NCBI GenBank assembly: GCA_021848725.1
Contig: JAJZTS010000027.1
Location: 1 to 24,000 of the forward strand
Length of the DNA: 24,000 nt
Source: Pseudomonadota bacterium
GTDB taxonomy: Bacteria > Pseudomonadota > Gammaproteobacteria > Burkholderiales > Thiobacillaceae
Direction: 5' to 3'
The notes under the pieces were generated by a model. The model did no database searches. It was not told the origin of the DNA and saw only the letters and a list, made by a program, of their open reading frames with translations. Shown in pieces: positions 9,095 to 19,099 of the stretch; within the stretch, counting starts at the first letter, position 1, and each line of letters begins with the position of its first letter. The translations under genes were made by a program, and so were the position numbers.

Positions 9095-9592
9095 TCACGG
9101 CCGCATGGTTAATTGCGTCGCGAAAGGACTGCGCCATTCCCCAGTCAAGCGCCAACTGCGGTCGCTTGGTTCCAGCTCGATTTGCCGCATGCCGGCCGGC
9201 AAGGCGGGCAGCGCGGCGGCATAGCGACCGCCTGGACCGGCCCGCAGGCTGAGGGTCACGTCCCGCTCGGCCCGCGTGGGGTGGATGAGATGCAGCGTTA
9301 GCATCGCCGGCAGCGAACTCAGGTGGCCGGCCAAGTCGGCCTGGATATGCCCATCGTGTGCGCGCAAGTTTGCGGTGATGCCTAGCGCTTTCGCTTTGGC
9401 GTCGCGATTGAGCACTTGGCGGATCGCCAGGCCCTCCTTGTAGTAGTCGTCGCTGACCAGGCTATCCGGATCGCGGGCCGCTAGCCAAATGGTGACGATG
9501 CCGCCGATGACGGCGGCCATCGGCAAGGCCATCAGGAACCAGGGCCAGGGTTGGCGCCACCATGGGCTTGTGTCTTTGCTGTTTATCGGCAT
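9095..9592 (-). CDS. ccoH: cbb3 oxidase assembly protein CcoH/FixH
   Basis: 165 aa. N-terminus WRQPWPWFLMALPMAAVIGGIVTIWLAARDPDSLVSDDYYKEGL is typical of FixH. Begins 6 nt downstream of ccoG. Confidence 0.88.
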   Translation of the reverse strand: MPINSKDTSPWWRQPWPWFLMALPMAAVIGGIVTIWLAARDPDSLVSDDYYKEGLAIRQVLNRDAKAKALGITANLRAHDGHIQADLAGHLSSLPAMLTLHLIHPTRAERDVTLSLRAGPGGRYAAALPALPAGMRQIELEPSDRSWRLTGEWRSPFATQLTMRP

Positions 9593-9598
9593 CGGGTA

Positions 9599-11008
9599 CT
9601 ATCTCAGGAAGCTGGATTTCGCCTCGCGCGCGATTGTCTCGGCGTCGTCGGCGTGTACTTCAAAGCGGACCGGCGTGCTGGGGTGATCCAGCTTGGCCGG
9701 CGATGCACGCAGGCTGACGCTGATATTGGCGGTATCCAGGCCGGCGATGGTGACGCTATTGCCTTCGCTCACCTTAAGGCCATCGATGCCACTCGCGGAG
9801 ATGACATAGCGATGCGCGCGCTGGTCCATATTGATGATTTGCAGGCGGTAGAGGTTTTCGACTTGGCCATCCGGCGTTTCCCGCGACAAGGTGCGGCGGT
9901 CGCGGATGACATCCACCCGCAGCGGGATGCGCTCGGCCAAGGTGTACAAAAAGGCGCCGACAATGCCGGTGAGCAACAAGGCATAGACCAGCGTGCGTGG
10001 CCGCAAGCTGTGGCGCCAGATGTGCGCATCGGTATATTTGCCTTCGATGGCATTTTCGGTGGAATAGCGAATCAGCCCTTTGGGCAATCCTACTTTCGCC
10101 ATGACCTGATCGCAGGCGTCGATGCAAGCGGCGCAGCCGATGCACATGTACTGCAGGCCGTTGCGGATATCGATGCCGGTCGGGCAAACCTGAACGCAAA
10201 TGCTGCAGTCGACACAATCGCCTAAGCCGGAGGCCTCTTGGCCTTTTTTGCGCGCACCGCGCGGTTCGCCACGCTTGTAATCGTAGGTGATGACCAGGGT
10301 GTCCGGGTCGAACATCACGCTTTGGAAGCGGGCATAGGGGCACATGTATTTGCAGACCTGCTCGCGCATGAAGCCGGCGAAGCCCCAGGTCGAAAAGCCA
10401 TAGAACAGGATCCAGAAGGTTTCCCAGGGGCCGAGTTGCCACTGCGCGACTTCGCTGGCCAAGGCCTCGATCGGCGTGAAATAACCGACGAAGGTAAAGC
10501 CGGTCCACAAGGCCAGCGCGGCCCAGAGCAGATGCTTGCTGCCACGGCGTAGCAGTTTCTGCGCATTCCACGGCATGCTCTCCAGCTTCTTGCGCTGGAT
10601 ATGGTTGCCCTCGCAGGCCCGTTCGATCCACATGAACAGTTCGGTATAGACCGTCTGCGGACAGGCATAGCCGCACCACAAGCGGCCGGCTACTGCGGTG
10701 AACAGGAACAGGCTCAACGCCGAGATGATCAGTAGGCCGGCCAGCCAAATGAAGTCTTGCGGCCATAGCACCAAATCGAACAGGTAGAACTTGCGGTTGA
10801 TCAGGTCGAACAGCACCGCTTGCCGGCCTTGCCACGGCACCCAGGGCAGGCCGTAATAGAGCAGTTGCGTCAGCAACACGAGGCTGATGCGCCAATTGGC
10901 GAACCAGCCGCTTACCGAGCGGGGGTGAATCTTCTCGCGGACTTCATAGAGTTGCTGCTCCATCTCGTGTTTGGGAGCATTGTCGTCCGAGTGATGCGCC
11001 TGTGCCAT
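9599..11008 (-). CDS. ccoG: cbb3 oxidase accessory protein CcoG/FixG (polyferredoxin-like)
   Basis: 469 aa with multiple TM segments and two 4Fe-4S motifs (CVDCSICVQVCP and CIGCAACIDAC). AGAGGA RBS upstream of ATG 11008. Confidence 0.92.
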   Translation of the reverse strand: MAQAHHSDDNAPKHEMEQQLYEVREKIHPRSVSGWFANWRISLVLLTQLLYYGLPWVPWQGRQAVLFDLINRKFYLFDLVLWPQDFIWLAGLLIISALSLFLFTAVAGRLWCGYACPQTVYTELFMWIERACEGNHIQRKKLESMPWNAQKLLRRGSKHLLWAALALWTGFTFVGYFTPIEALASEVAQWQLGPWETFWILFYGFSTWGFAGFMREQVCKYMCPYARFQSVMFDPDTLVITYDYKRGEPRGARKKGQEASGLGDCVDCSICVQVCPTGIDIRNGLQYMCIGCAACIDACDQVMAKVGLPKGLIRYSTENAIEGKYTDAHIWRHSLRPRTLVYALLLTGIVGAFLYTLAERIPLRVDVIRDRRTLSRETPDGQVENLYRLQIINMDQRAHRYVISASGIDGLKVSEGNSVTIAGLDTANISVSLRASPAKLDHPSTPVRFEVHADDAETIAREAKSSFLR

Positions 11009-11068
11009 CTGTCAGGGGTCCTCTTATCGGCGGCTAGTGGTTAGCTCTTATGAATGATCGCAGCGTCG

Positions 11069-11103
11069 AAAACAGGCGCGTAGCCGGCTGGCGCCGGCCA
11101 CGC
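11069..11103 (-). terminator. GC-rich hairpin plus short U-run between ccoP and ccoG (possible attenuator or partial terminator)
   Basis: The minus-strand RNA reads GCGUGGCCGGC-GCCA-GCCGGCUACGC, an 11-bp stem with one G-U pair and a 4-nt loop, followed by GCCUGUUUUCG. The U-run is only 4 nt and starts 5 nt after the stem, so it is not a canonical terminator. Confidence 0.4.
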
Positions 11104-11111
11104 GGATCGCC

Positions 11112-12044
11112 TTACTGCTTGCCTTGCGACAACGATAGGACGTAAGCGGCCAGCAGGTGCACCTTGGCGTCACCCAAGTAGTCAAGCTGGGCCGGCATGC
11201 CGCCTTTGCGGCCCTTCATGATGGCCTCCATGATGCCGGTTTCGGTGCCGCTGTAGAGCCAAGCCTTGTCGGTCAAGTCGGGTGCCGAGATCGCCAGGTT
11301 GCCTTTGCCGTTCTCGCCGTGGCAGCCGGCGCAGGCTGCCCATTTTCCTTTGCCGGCCGCGGCCAGATTGGCGTCGTGCGGCAGACCGCTCAAGGACAAC
11401 ACGTAATTCGCCATCTCCTTGGCCCCGGCCTCGCCCCCCACGACGTCCTTCATCGGCGGCATCTCGCCGAGGCGGCCGTAGGCGATGCTGGCCTTGATCG
11501 TTTCGGGATCGCCATTGCCGAACAGCCACTCCTTGTCGGTCAAATCGGGGAACAGGCGTGAACCCTTTGCACCTTTGCCGTCGGTGCCATGGCAGGTCGA
11601 GCAGTAGGATAGGAACAGGCGCTGGCCGATCTCACGTGCCTGGGGATCGGTCGCGACTACGCGCAAATCCTTGCTCAAGAAGGGTTGGAATTGCGCGTTG
11701 AACTGGGCGTCGATGCGTTCCTTTTCCTGCTTATAGGCATCGGCCGAGGTCCAGTTCCAGATGCCCGCGAACTTGCCCAGGCCAGGGTAGAGGACCAAAT
11801 AGGCGATGCTGAAGAAGATCAGGAAATAGAACAGATACAGCCACCAACGCGGCAGCGGGTTGTTCAGTTCCTTGAGGTCGGCGTCCCAGGTCGGTTCCAT
11901 CAGCTCGGCTTCTTCGCCGGTACCGAGCTTGCGGGTGGTCTGGCTTTTCAGGAACCAGATGATGCCGATGATGGCGACGACGGTGATGGCGGCAATGTAG
12001 TAGTGCCAGAAGCCGCCGATGAAATCAGCCATGCCGTAGTTCAT
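11112..12044 (-). CDS. ccoP: cbb3-type cytochrome c oxidase subunit CcoP (diheme cytochrome c)
   Basis: 310 aa with an N-terminal TM segment and two CxxCH haem-binding motifs (CSTCHG, CAGCHG). Confidence 0.95.
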   Translation of the reverse strand: MNYGMADFIGGFWHYYIAAITVVAIIGIIWFLKSQTTRKLGTGEEAELMEPTWDADLKELNNPLPRWWLYLFYFLIFFSIAYLVLYPGLGKFAGIWNWTSADAYKQEKERIDAQFNAQFQPFLSKDLRVVATDPQAREIGQRLFLSYCSTCHGTDGKGAKGSRLFPDLTDKEWLFGNGDPETIKASIAYGRLGEMPPMKDVVGGEAGAKEMANYVLSLSGLPHDANLAAAGKGKWAACAGCHGENGKGNLAISAPDLTDKAWLYSGTETGIMEAIMKGRKGGMPAQLDYLGDAKVHLLAAYVLSLSQGKQ

Positions 12045-12217
12045 TGCGCTTTCTCCTCAGAATGGGCCGGGGCGGTCGGTTCATCTTCCTCGAACGGCAG
12101 GCGGGCTGCCGCGTCGTATTTTGCACGGTTGTCCTTGTGGTAGGCCCACCAGACAATGCCGACGAAGACTAGGAAGAAGATGACGGTCAAGATGGAACCG
12201 ATCAGGCCCGAGTCCAT
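12041..12217 (-). CDS. ccoQ: cbb3-type cytochrome c oxidase subunit CcoQ
   Basis: Hand translation: MDSGLIGSILTVIFFLVFVGIVWWAYHKDNRAKYDAAARLPFEEDEPTAPAHSEEKAQ* (58 aa, single TM). Starts 2 nt after the ccoO stop, and its stop overlaps the ccoP start as ATGA. Not in the ORF track because it is under 60 aa. Confidence 0.85.
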   Translation of the reverse strand: MDSGLIGSILTVIFFLVFVGIVWWAYHKDNRAKYDAAARLPFEEDEPTAPAHSEEKAQ

Positions 12218-12219
12218 GT

Positions 12220-12834
12220 TCAGTTGGCCTTGGGTGCGTGGATGCCGAGCGATTGCAAGTAGGCGATCAGCGCATCCATCTCGGTTTTGCCTTTCAGCAT
12301 CTCCGGTGCTTGGGCGATCTCGTCATCCGTATAAGGATGACCGGCCCAATCCTTCAGCACGCGCATCTTCTTCTGGATGGTGCCGTCGTCGGCCGCGGCC
12401 TCGGCCAGCCAAGGATAGGCCGGCATGTTCGATTCCGGGACCACGTCGCGCGGGTTCATCATGTGCACGTAGTGCCACTCGTCCGAATAGCGGCCGCCGA
12501 CGCGCTGCAGGTCTGGGCCGGTGCGCTTGGAACCCCATTGGAAGGGACGGTCATAGACGAACTCGCCCGCCACCGAATAATGGCCGTAGCGTTCGGTTTC
12601 CGCCCGGAACGGCCGGATCATCTGGGAATGGCAGTTATAGCAGCCCTCCCGGATGTAGATGTCCCGGCCGGTAAGCTCCAGGGCACTGTATGGCTTGAGC
12701 CCAGGCACCGGTTCGGTGGTGGATTTCTGGAAGTAGATCGGAAGGATCTGCACCAAACCGCCGACGCTGATGACGAGCAGGGTCAGCACGATCAGCAGGC
12801 CGATGTTTTTTTCGATGAGCTTGTGGGAAAACAT
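12220..12834 (-). CDS. ccoO: cbb3-type cytochrome c oxidase subunit CcoO (monoheme cytochrome c)
   Basis: 204 aa with an N-terminal TM segment and the haem motif [12 protein letters not shown]. Confidence 0.96.
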   Translation of the reverse strand: MFSHKLIEKNIGLLIVLTLLVISVGGLVQILPIYFQKSTTEPVPGLKPYSALELTGRDIYIREGCYNCHSQMIRPFRAETERYGHYSVAGEFVYDRPFQWGSKRTGPDLQRVGGRYSDEWHYVHMMNPRDVVPESNMPAYPWLAEAAADDGTIQKKMRVLKDWAGHPYTDDEIAQAPEMLKGKTEMDALIAYLQSLGIHAPKAN

Positions 12835-12850
12835 ATCGCGTCTCCTTCGA

Positions 12851-14284
12851 TCAGGCCTGCACGGCTTGGGGGATGGGGGCGTTGTCGACCGCTTTGCCCG
12901 AGGCGACGGTCTTCCACACGTTCCAGGCCATCAGCAGCATGCCGGCGAAGAACATCAGGCCGCCGAGCAAGCGGATGTAGTAGAACGGATACATCGCCTC
13001 CACCGATTGCACGAAGCTATAGGTCAGCGTGCCGTCGGCATTGGTTGCGCGCCACATCAGGCCTTCGGCGACACCGGCGATCCACAAGGCGGCGATGTAG
13101 AGCACAACGCCGATGGTGGAGACCCAGAAATGGGTGTTGATCCACTTCACGCTGTACATCTCCTCGCGGCCGAACAGGCGCGGAATCAGGTAGTACATCG
13201 AGCCGATGGAGATCATCGCGACCCAACCCAGGGCGCCGGAATGGACATGGCCGATAGTCCACTCGGTATAGTGCGACAGCGCATTCACCGTCTTCACCGA
13301 CAACATCGGGCCTTCGAAGGTCGACATGCCATAGAAGGACAGGGCGGTGACCATGAACTTCAGGATGGGGTCGGTGCGCAGCTTATGCCAAGCGCCGGAC
13401 AGGGTCATGATGCCGTTGATCATGCCCCCCCAGGACGGCGCGATCAGCATCAACGAGAACAGCATGCCCAGGCTCTGCGCCCAGTCGGGCAGCGCGGTGT
13501 AGAGCAGGTGGTGCGGGCCGGCCCACATGTAGATGAAGTTGAGGGCCCAGAAGTGCACGATGGACAAGCGGTAGGAATAGATCGGCCGACCGGCTTGTTT
13601 CGGGATGAAGTAGTACATCATGCCGAGGAAGGCGGTGGTCAGGAAAAAACCGACCGCATTGTGGCCGTACCACCATTGCACCATGGCATCCTGCACGCCG
13701 GCATAGGCCGAGTAGGACTTGGTCAGGGTGATCGGGAATTCCATGCTGTTGGTGATGTGCAGCACTGCGATGGTGACGATATAGGCGCCGAAGAACCAGT
13801 TCGCCACATAGATGTGCTGAGTCTTGCGCTTGATGATCGTGCCGAAGAACAGCACCGCGTAGGCGACCCAGACCACGGCGATCAGGATGTCGATCGGCCA
13901 TTCCAGTTCGGCATATTCCTTGCCGCTGGTAAAGCCCATCGGCAAGCTAACCGCTGCCAGCACGATGATCAGTTGCCAGCCCCAGAACACGAAACCGGCC
14001 AAGCCATCCGACAGCAAGCGGGCTTGGCAGGTGCGCTGCACGGCGAACAGCGAAGCGGCAAACAGGGCTGAACCGCCGAAGGCGAAGATCACTGCGTTGG
14101 TATGGAGTGGTCGGATGCGACCGTAGGAGAGGTAGGGGGCCAGTGGCCCGAGGTGTTCGGTAAGGGTAGGCCAGATTAACTGGGCCGAGAGGATGACGCC
14201 GACCAACATACCGACAATGCCCCAGACCACAGTCATGATGGCGAATTGCCGGACGACCTTATAGTTGTATGTGGTTGCTTCCAT
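12851..14284 (-). CDS. ccoN: cbb3-type cytochrome c oxidase catalytic subunit CcoN
   Basis: 477-aa polytopic haem-copper oxidase subunit (e.g. [29 protein letters not shown]). RBS GAAGGAGG lies 5 nt upstream of ATG 14284. Confidence 0.96.
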   Translation of the reverse strand: MEATTYNYKVVRQFAIMTVVWGIVGMLVGVILSAQLIWPTLTEHLGPLAPYLSYGRIRPLHTNAVIFAFGGSALFAASLFAVQRTCQARLLSDGLAGFVFWGWQLIIVLAAVSLPMGFTSGKEYAELEWPIDILIAVVWVAYAVLFFGTIIKRKTQHIYVANWFFGAYIVTIAVLHITNSMEFPITLTKSYSAYAGVQDAMVQWWYGHNAVGFFLTTAFLGMMYYFIPKQAGRPIYSYRLSIVHFWALNFIYMWAGPHHLLYTALPDWAQSLGMLFSLMLIAPSWGGMINGIMTLSGAWHKLRTDPILKFMVTALSFYGMSTFEGPMLSVKTVNALSHYTEWTIGHVHSGALGWVAMISIGSMYYLIPRLFGREEMYSVKWINTHFWVSTIGVVLYIAALWIAGVAEGLMWRATNADGTLTYSFVQSVEAMYPFYYIRLLGGLMFFAGMLLMAWNVWKTVASGKAVDNAPIPQAVQA

Positions 14285-14325
14285 ACAGGCCTCCTTCGCA
14301 GGGTGTTGTTAATTACGACATTCGA

Positions 14326-14355
14326 ATCCTAATATTCTATCTAAGCGAGTGTCAA
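14326..14355 (-). promoter_or_regulatory. candidate sigma70 promoter for ccoN (-35 TTGACA, 18-nt spacer, -10 TAGGAT)
   Basis: The minus strand reads cccgTTGACActcgcttagatagaatatTAGGATtcg. The perfect -35 hexamer overlaps the ccoS stop codon. The -10 match is weak and the spacer is long, so confidence is low. Confidence 0.25.
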
Positions 14356-14534
14356 CGGGATGCGTCGTTGTTATTCGTATCGGGTGGCGGGGTGTCGTCA
14401 TCGTCCATCAAGATGCGATGGGCGGGCCCCTCCATATCCTCGAACTGCCCGCTTTTTACGGCCCAAATCAAACCGATGGCGATGACGCCGGCGAAGGCCA
14501 GGCTGAGCGGAATCAGTAGATAGAGGATGTCCAT
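14352..14534 (-). CDS. ccoS: cbb3 oxidase maturation protein CcoS/FixS
   Basis: 60 aa, MDILYLLIPLSLAFAGVIAIGLIWAVKSGQFEDMEGPAHRILMDDDD, which is typical CcoS. Lies between ccoI and ccoN. Confidence 0.9.
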   Translation of the reverse strand: MDILYLLIPLSLAFAGVIAIGLIWAVKSGQFEDMEGPAHRILMDDDDTPPPDTNNNDASR

Positions 14535-14599
14535 GTGTTGCGACAGGTTAGTACGTATCGCCTGTCCGTGCCAGCATTTGTTGCCGCTATAAAATTTAT

Positions 14600-17026
14600 T
14601 TAACGCAGGCGGTTCAGCCGCATCGCGTTGAGCACGACCAACAGCGAACTGGCCGACATGCCGATCCCGGCCAGCCAGGGCGTGACAAAGCCCAAGGCCG
14701 CGGCAGGGATCGCAACGAGGTTATACAGCGCCGACCAGGCCAGGTTCTGCCGAATGATCTGCCGGGTCTTGCGCGCCAGGCGCACGCCATCGGCCAGCCG
14801 TGCCAGCTCGCTCGACAGCAGCACCATGTCGGCGGCGGCCTGGGCCGCTTCGGCACCCTGGTCGATGGCGATCGAGACCTGGGCCTGGGCCAACACCGGC
14901 GCATCGTTCACGCCGTCGCCGGTCATCGCGACGATGGCGCCTTGTTGCTGCATGCTGCGCACGGCCTCCAGCTTGTCGGCCGGCAGCATGCCGCCGCGCG
15001 CATCGGCGATGCCAAGCAGTCGGCCCATGCGGCTCACGTTTTCCGGCCGGTCGCCGGAATAGATATGCAAGCGAATACCCAGCGCTTCGAGTTGCGCGAT
15101 CAACTGGCGCGCCTGTGGCCGCAACGCGTCGCCCAACTCGAACCAAGCCAACACGCCGGCCTCGTCAGCCAAGGCGATCAGGGTGCCGTTGCCGTTGGCC
15201 GGCAGTGCGGCACCGGGTGCGGCATAGCCCGGCGCGCCGAGCCGGTAGTGGTGCCCGGCCACCCGGCCCTGCGCACCTTGGCCGGGCAGATAGCTAAGGT
15301 CTTCCGCCTGCTTGTCGTGCGTGCCGGCCGCCTCGCGCAGCGCACCGGCGATCGGATGCGTCGCGCCTTGTTCCAGTGCGGCGGCAATGGCCAAGGCCTC
15401 GGCCGCCTCGCCGCGCAAGGGGTGGGTCGCCAGCAGGCGAAAGCGGCCGGTAGTCAGCGTGCCGGTCTTGTCGAACACGAAATCGCTGGCCCGGGCCAGG
15501 GTCTCTAGCGCGTGACCGCGTGTCGACAACAGGCCCAAGCGGGTCAGCCGGCCGAGCGCCACGGTCAGCGCGGCCGGGGTGGCCAGGGCCAAGGCGCACG
15601 GGCAGGTGATGACCAAGACCGACACCGTGATCCAGAACGCACGGCTAGGGTCGACGACATACCAGGCAGCGGCAACCAGGGCCGAGATGATCAGAATGGC
15701 CAGCACGAACCAATGCGCGACGCGGTCGGCGGCCAGGGCCAGCTTGGGTTTCTCGGCCAGCGCGCGGTCGAGCAGGCGCACGATGCCGGAGAGGGTGGTG
15801 TCGGCCCCGATCTTTTCGACTTGCACGACCATGGGGCTATCCAGGTTGAGGCTGCCGCCGATCACCGCGGCCCCGGCCTGTTTCGGCAGCGGGGTCGATT
15901 CACCGGTGAGCAGCGACTCGTCCACGTTGGAGAGGCCTTCCGCGACCCGGCCGTCGGCCGGGAAGCTCTCGCCCGGCCCGACCAGCACATAGTCGCCGGG
16001 GCTCAGCTTGGCCGCGGCCACGGTCTCCTCCGCCCGGTCGTTTGGGTAGGCCGGCAGCCTGCGCGCGGCGGCCGGGATCAGTTTGATCAGGGTCTCGGCC
16101 GCCTCGGCCGACTTCTTGCGCGCGCTCATCTCCAAGAAGCGGCCGGTGAGCAAGAAGAAGACGAACATCGTGACCGAATCGAAGTAGACCTCGCCCGAGC
16201 GGGTCAGTACGGCCCAGACGCTGGCGAAATAGGCGGAGCCGATGCCGAGCGCGACCGGCACGTCCATGCCCAGGCGCATGAGTTTGAGGTCGCGCCAGGC
16301 GGCCTGGAAGAAGGGCCAGGCCGAGTAGAACATCACCGGCGTGGTCAGCAGTAGGCCGGCGAAGCGCATCAACTGCCGGATGTCGTCGGTCATCGTGTCG
16401 GCATCGGCCAAATAGACCGGGATCGCATACATCATCACCTGCATCATGCCCAGGCCGGCGATGGCCAGCCTGCGGATCGCGATATTGCGCTCCTTGCGGT
16501 ACAGCTCTTCCTGGCGGCCGGTGTCGAACGGGTGAGCGAGGTAGCCGATCTCCTGCACCGCTTGCAGGATGCGCGACAGCTTGATTTGGCTGTCGTCCCA
16601 GCGCACGCGGGCGCGGTGGGTCGAGAAATTGATGTCGGCCGCGAGTACGCCGGGCAACTGACGCAAATGGCGCTCGTTCAACCAGATGCAGGCGGCGCAG
16701 ACGATGCCCTCCAAAATCAGGCTGGCCTCGCGCACCTCGCCGTCTTCCTTGACGAAGCTCGCCTGCACCTCGGGCAGGTCGTAGAGCGCGAGCTTCTGCG
16801 CTGCCTCCATCGCTGCGGTCGCGGTGGGCGGGTATTCGGTGCGTAGCCGGTAGTAATCGGCCTGGCCGGCGTCGATGATGGTCTGCGCCACGGCCTGGCA
16901 GCCTCGGCAACAGGCTGGGTGGGCTTGGCCGTCCAGTTGGATGAGATAGTCGGCGCCGGCAGGCACGGCCTCGCCGCAATGGAAGCAGCGGGACGGGTCG
17001 GAGAGAGGGGCGGCGGAGGCATTCAT
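14600..17026 (-). CDS. ccoI: copper-translocating P1B-type ATPase CcoI/FixI
   Basis: N-terminal CFHCG motif, HMA-type CAAC, transmembrane CPC ([12 protein letters not shown]), phosphorylation site DKTGTLT and hinge GDGVNDAP. The track ORF (to 17245) has an Arg-rich, implausible 73-aa extension. Start moved to ATG 17026 ([18 protein letters not shown]). Confidence 0.92.
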   Translation of the reverse strand: MNASAAPLSDPSRCFHCGEAVPAGADYLIQLDGQAHPACCRGCQAVAQTIIDAGQADYYRLRTEYPPTATAAMEAAQKLALYDLPEVQASFVKEDGEVREASLILEGIVCAACIWLNERHLRQLPGVLAADINFSTHRARVRWDDSQIKLSRILQAVQEIGYLAHPFDTGRQEELYRKERNIAIRRLAIAGLGMMQVMMYAIPVYLADADTMTDDIRQLMRFAGLLLTTPVMFYSAWPFFQAAWRDLKLMRLGMDVPVALGIGSAYFASVWAVLTRSGEVYFDSVTMFVFFLLTGRFLEMSARKKSAEAAETLIKLIPAAARRLPAYPNDRAEETVAAAKLSPGDYVLVGPGESFPADGRVAEGLSNVDESLLTGESTPLPKQAGAAVIGGSLNLDSPMVVQVEKIGADTTLSGIVRLLDRALAEKPKLALAADRVAHWFVLAILIISALVAAAWYVVDPSRAFWITVSVLVITCPCALALATPAALTVALGRLTRLGLLSTRGHALETLARASDFVFDKTGTLTTGRFRLLATHPLRGEAAEALAIAAALEQGATHPIAGALREAAGTHDKQAEDLSYLPGQGAQGRVAGHHYRLGAPGYAAPGAALPANGNGTLIALADEAGVLAWFELGDALRPQARQLIAQLEALGIRLHIYSGDRPENVSRMGRLLGIADARGGMLPADKLEAVRSMQQQGAIVAMTGDGVNDAPVLAQAQVSIAIDQGAEAAQAAADMVLLSSELARLADGVRLARKTRQIIRQNLAWSALYNLVAIPAAALGFVTPWLAGIGMSASSLLVVLNAMRLNRLR

Positions 17027-17070
17027 GCGAGGCGGCCATTCTACCGGATGCCGCTGGTTACAATATCGGC

Positions 17071-17784
17071 ATGATTCCTTGGCTTGTTGGCACCGCCCCG
17101 TTCCCGCCTGTCGACACCGCGCTGCGCGAGCCGGACGGCTTGCTCGCCGCCGGCGGCGATCTGTCGGTCGACCGCCTGCTCGATGCCTATCGCCACGGCA
17201 TCTTTCCGTGGTTCGGCCCGGGCGAGCCCATCCTGTGGTGGTCACCCGATCCGCGCATGGTGCTGCTGCCCGAGCAGTTCAAGATTTCCCGTTCGCTGTC
17301 GAAAAAATTGAAGCGGCCGGATTATGAGATTCGGGTCGACACCGCCTTCGCCGAGGTGATGCGCTTGTGCGCCCAACCGCGCGAGGGCCAGGCCGGCACC
17401 TGGATCGTACCGGCCATGCAGGCCGCCTATGGCCGCCTGCACGCGGCGGGCCATGCCCACTCGGTGGAGGCCTGGCAGGGCGGCAAGCTGGTCGGTGGTT
17501 TGTATGGCGTGGCCTTGGGCCAGGCCTTCTTCGGCGAATCGATGTTCAGCCGGATCAGCGACGGCTCGAAGCTGGCCTTGGCGCATCTGGTGCGGCAACT
17601 GCAACGCTGGGGCTTCGGTTTGATCGATTGCCAGATGGTGACCGCGCATCTGACCTCGCTCGGTGCCCGGCCAGTGCCGCGCGGTGAATTTCAGGCTAGG
17701 CTGAATACATTGGCGGCCCGGCCGGGCCGCATTGGACAATGGGATTTCGATCATGACCTCTTTGCGCGAACTGCCCATCCATAG
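17071..17784 (+). CDS. aat: leucyl/phenylalanyl-tRNA--protein transferase
   Basis: 237 aa. [38 protein letters not shown] aligns with the E. coli Aat N-terminus as I recall it. Confidence 0.92.
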   Translation: MIPWLVGTAPFPPVDTALREPDGLLAAGGDLSVDRLLDAYRHGIFPWFGPGEPILWWSPDPRMVLLPEQFKISRSLSKKLKRPDYEIRVDTAFAEVMRLCAQPREGQAGTWIVPAMQAAYGRLHAAGHAHSVEAWQGGKLVGGLYGVALGQAFFGESMFSRISDGSKLALAHLVRQLQRWGFGLIDCQMVTAHLTSLGARPVPRGEFQARLNTLAARPGRIGQWDFDHDLFARTAHP

Positions 17785-18487
17785 TTTGCAGTTCTATCTG
17801 ACGGCGCCCTATCCCTGCAGCTACCTGCCTGGGCGCGAGGCGCGCTCGCAAGTCGCCACGCCGCACAGCCTGATCGACACCTCGGTCTATTCCGAATTGG
17901 TCTGGCGCGGCTTTCGCCGCAGCGGCCTGTTCGTCTATCGGCCGCGCTGCAGCGGTTGCCGGGCCTGCGTGCCGGTGCGGGTGCCGGTCGCCGACTTCCA
18001 GCCTAGCCGCACGCAGCGCCGCTGCGCCGCACGCAACGCCGACATCGAATTGGCGCTCAAGCCCCTGGCCTTCGACGAGGCCCATTACCGGCTGTATCGC
18101 CGCTATCAGATGGCGCGCCACAGCGGTGGCGGCATGGACAACGACGACCGCGAGCAATACCGCAGCTTCTTGCTGCAAAGCCGGGTCGATAGCGTGCTGG
18201 CCGAGTTCAGCTTGAATGGCGAGGTGGTCATGGTCGGCTTGGTCGATCGCCTGCTCGACGGCCTGTCGGCGGTCTACACCTTTTTCGCTCCCGATCTGGC
18301 CAAGCGCAGCCTGGGTGTCTACGGCGTACTGTCGCAGATAGAATTGGCCCGTCGGCTCGGTCTGCCCTATGTCTATTTGGGCTATTGGATCGCCCAGAGC
18401 CCGAAGATGGCCTATAAGAGCGGCTATCGCCCGATCGAGGTGCTGCAGGACGGCGCTTGGCGCCGGCTCGAACAAGGAAACGAATGA
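17753..18487 (+). CDS. bpt: arginyl-tRNA--protein transferase family protein (bacterial Bpt/Ate, Asp/Glu leucyltransferase)
   Basis: [34 protein letters not shown], plus later YRRYQMARH and the C-terminal YVYLGYWI, are typical of Bpt/Ate1. Start moved from 17732 to ATG 17753 by family N-terminus, giving a 32-nt overlap with aat. Confidence 0.88.
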   Translation: MTSLRELPIHSLQFYLTAPYPCSYLPGREARSQVATPHSLIDTSVYSELVWRGFRRSGLFVYRPRCSGCRACVPVRVPVADFQPSRTQRRCAARNADIELALKPLAFDEAHYRLYRRYQMARHSGGGMDNDDREQYRSFLLQSRVDSVLAEFSLNGEVVMVGLVDRLLDGLSAVYTFFAPDLAKRSLGVYGVLSQIELARRLGLPYVYLGYWIAQSPKMAYKSGYRPIEVLQDGAWRRLEQGNE

Positions 18488-19038
18488 TGGCGTTGTTGCT
18501 GCCCGCTGCCGAACAAATCCTACAAGCCCACGCCCAGTTTCTGCATGCGGTGGTGCAAGCGATATTGAACCCGGCGCTCAGGCCGGAGCTGCAAGGCGCG
18601 CTGCAGGCGGCCGAGGCGCAAGGCTGGGGCCGCTTGGTGGCGACGATTCGGCAGATCGTCGACGGCAAGCGCGACCGGGCGATGCTGCTGGGGCTGGACG
18701 ACGAAGACCGGGTGCTGGCCGAGGCGATCCTGGCTGGCATCGAGAACCCGGCCACCTTGCCCGAGATCAAGGCCCCCGACCCGGCCACCGCGGCACCGGG
18801 CTTGGCCGCCATGATCGTCGCGGCCGCGAGCGGCGATGTGCAAGCGCTCGGCGCCCTCGCCAATATGGCCGAACAGATGGTCAAGGCCGGTGGTGACATG
18901 GCGCGGCTGGGCGCGATCATGCGGCGCCTGATCGACGGCGAGCGCGATGCCGAACAACTGACTCGCGGCATGGCCGGTTTAGGTCGCGCCTTGGTTTTGG
19001 ATATACTCGACCAATTAGCCAAACAGAATAAGCATTGA
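18484..19038 (+). CDS. hypothetical Ala/Leu-rich helical protein with an internal DG[KE]RD repeat
   Basis: 184 aa. ATG 18484 overlaps the bpt stop as ATGA and is preceded by AAGGAAA. GC-rich third codon positions are consistent with real coding. I recognise no family. Confidence 0.6.
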   Translation: MMALLLPAAEQILQAHAQFLHAVVQAILNPALRPELQGALQAAEAQGWGRLVATIRQIVDGKRDRAMLLGLDDEDRVLAEAILAGIENPATLPEIKAPDPATAAPGLAAMIVAAASGDVQALGALANMAEQMVKAGGDMARLGAIMRRLIDGERDAEQLTRGMAGLGRALVLDILDQLAKQNKH

Positions 19039-19099
19039 GAAGCGGAAACCGAGAAATGGTTTTACTAGAGCGGTGGCGGACTGATTACAAGGGGATGGC

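Noticed and set aside
8932-9252. 106-aa plus-strand ORF right after fliI, considered as a possible fliJ
   Set aside because: It has no coiled-coil or FliJ-like character. It overlaps the 43-aa ORF and the ccoH 3' end in antisense, and it has no RBS.
12770-14071. 433-aa plus-strand ORF opposite ccoN (also 12238-13140 opposite ccoO/ccoN)
   Set aside because: It is fully overlapped by canonical cbb3 subunit genes. Its composition is low-complexity (G/R/H/D/A-rich), and it has no RBS or family signature.
15900-17245. 379-aa alternative-frame minus ORF inside ccoI, and the 73-aa N-terminal extension of the ccoI track ORF
   Set aside because: The translations are Arg/Pro/Gly-rich, off-frame-type sequence. 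The CcoI family N-terminus (CFHCG motif) begins right after the internal ATG at 17026.
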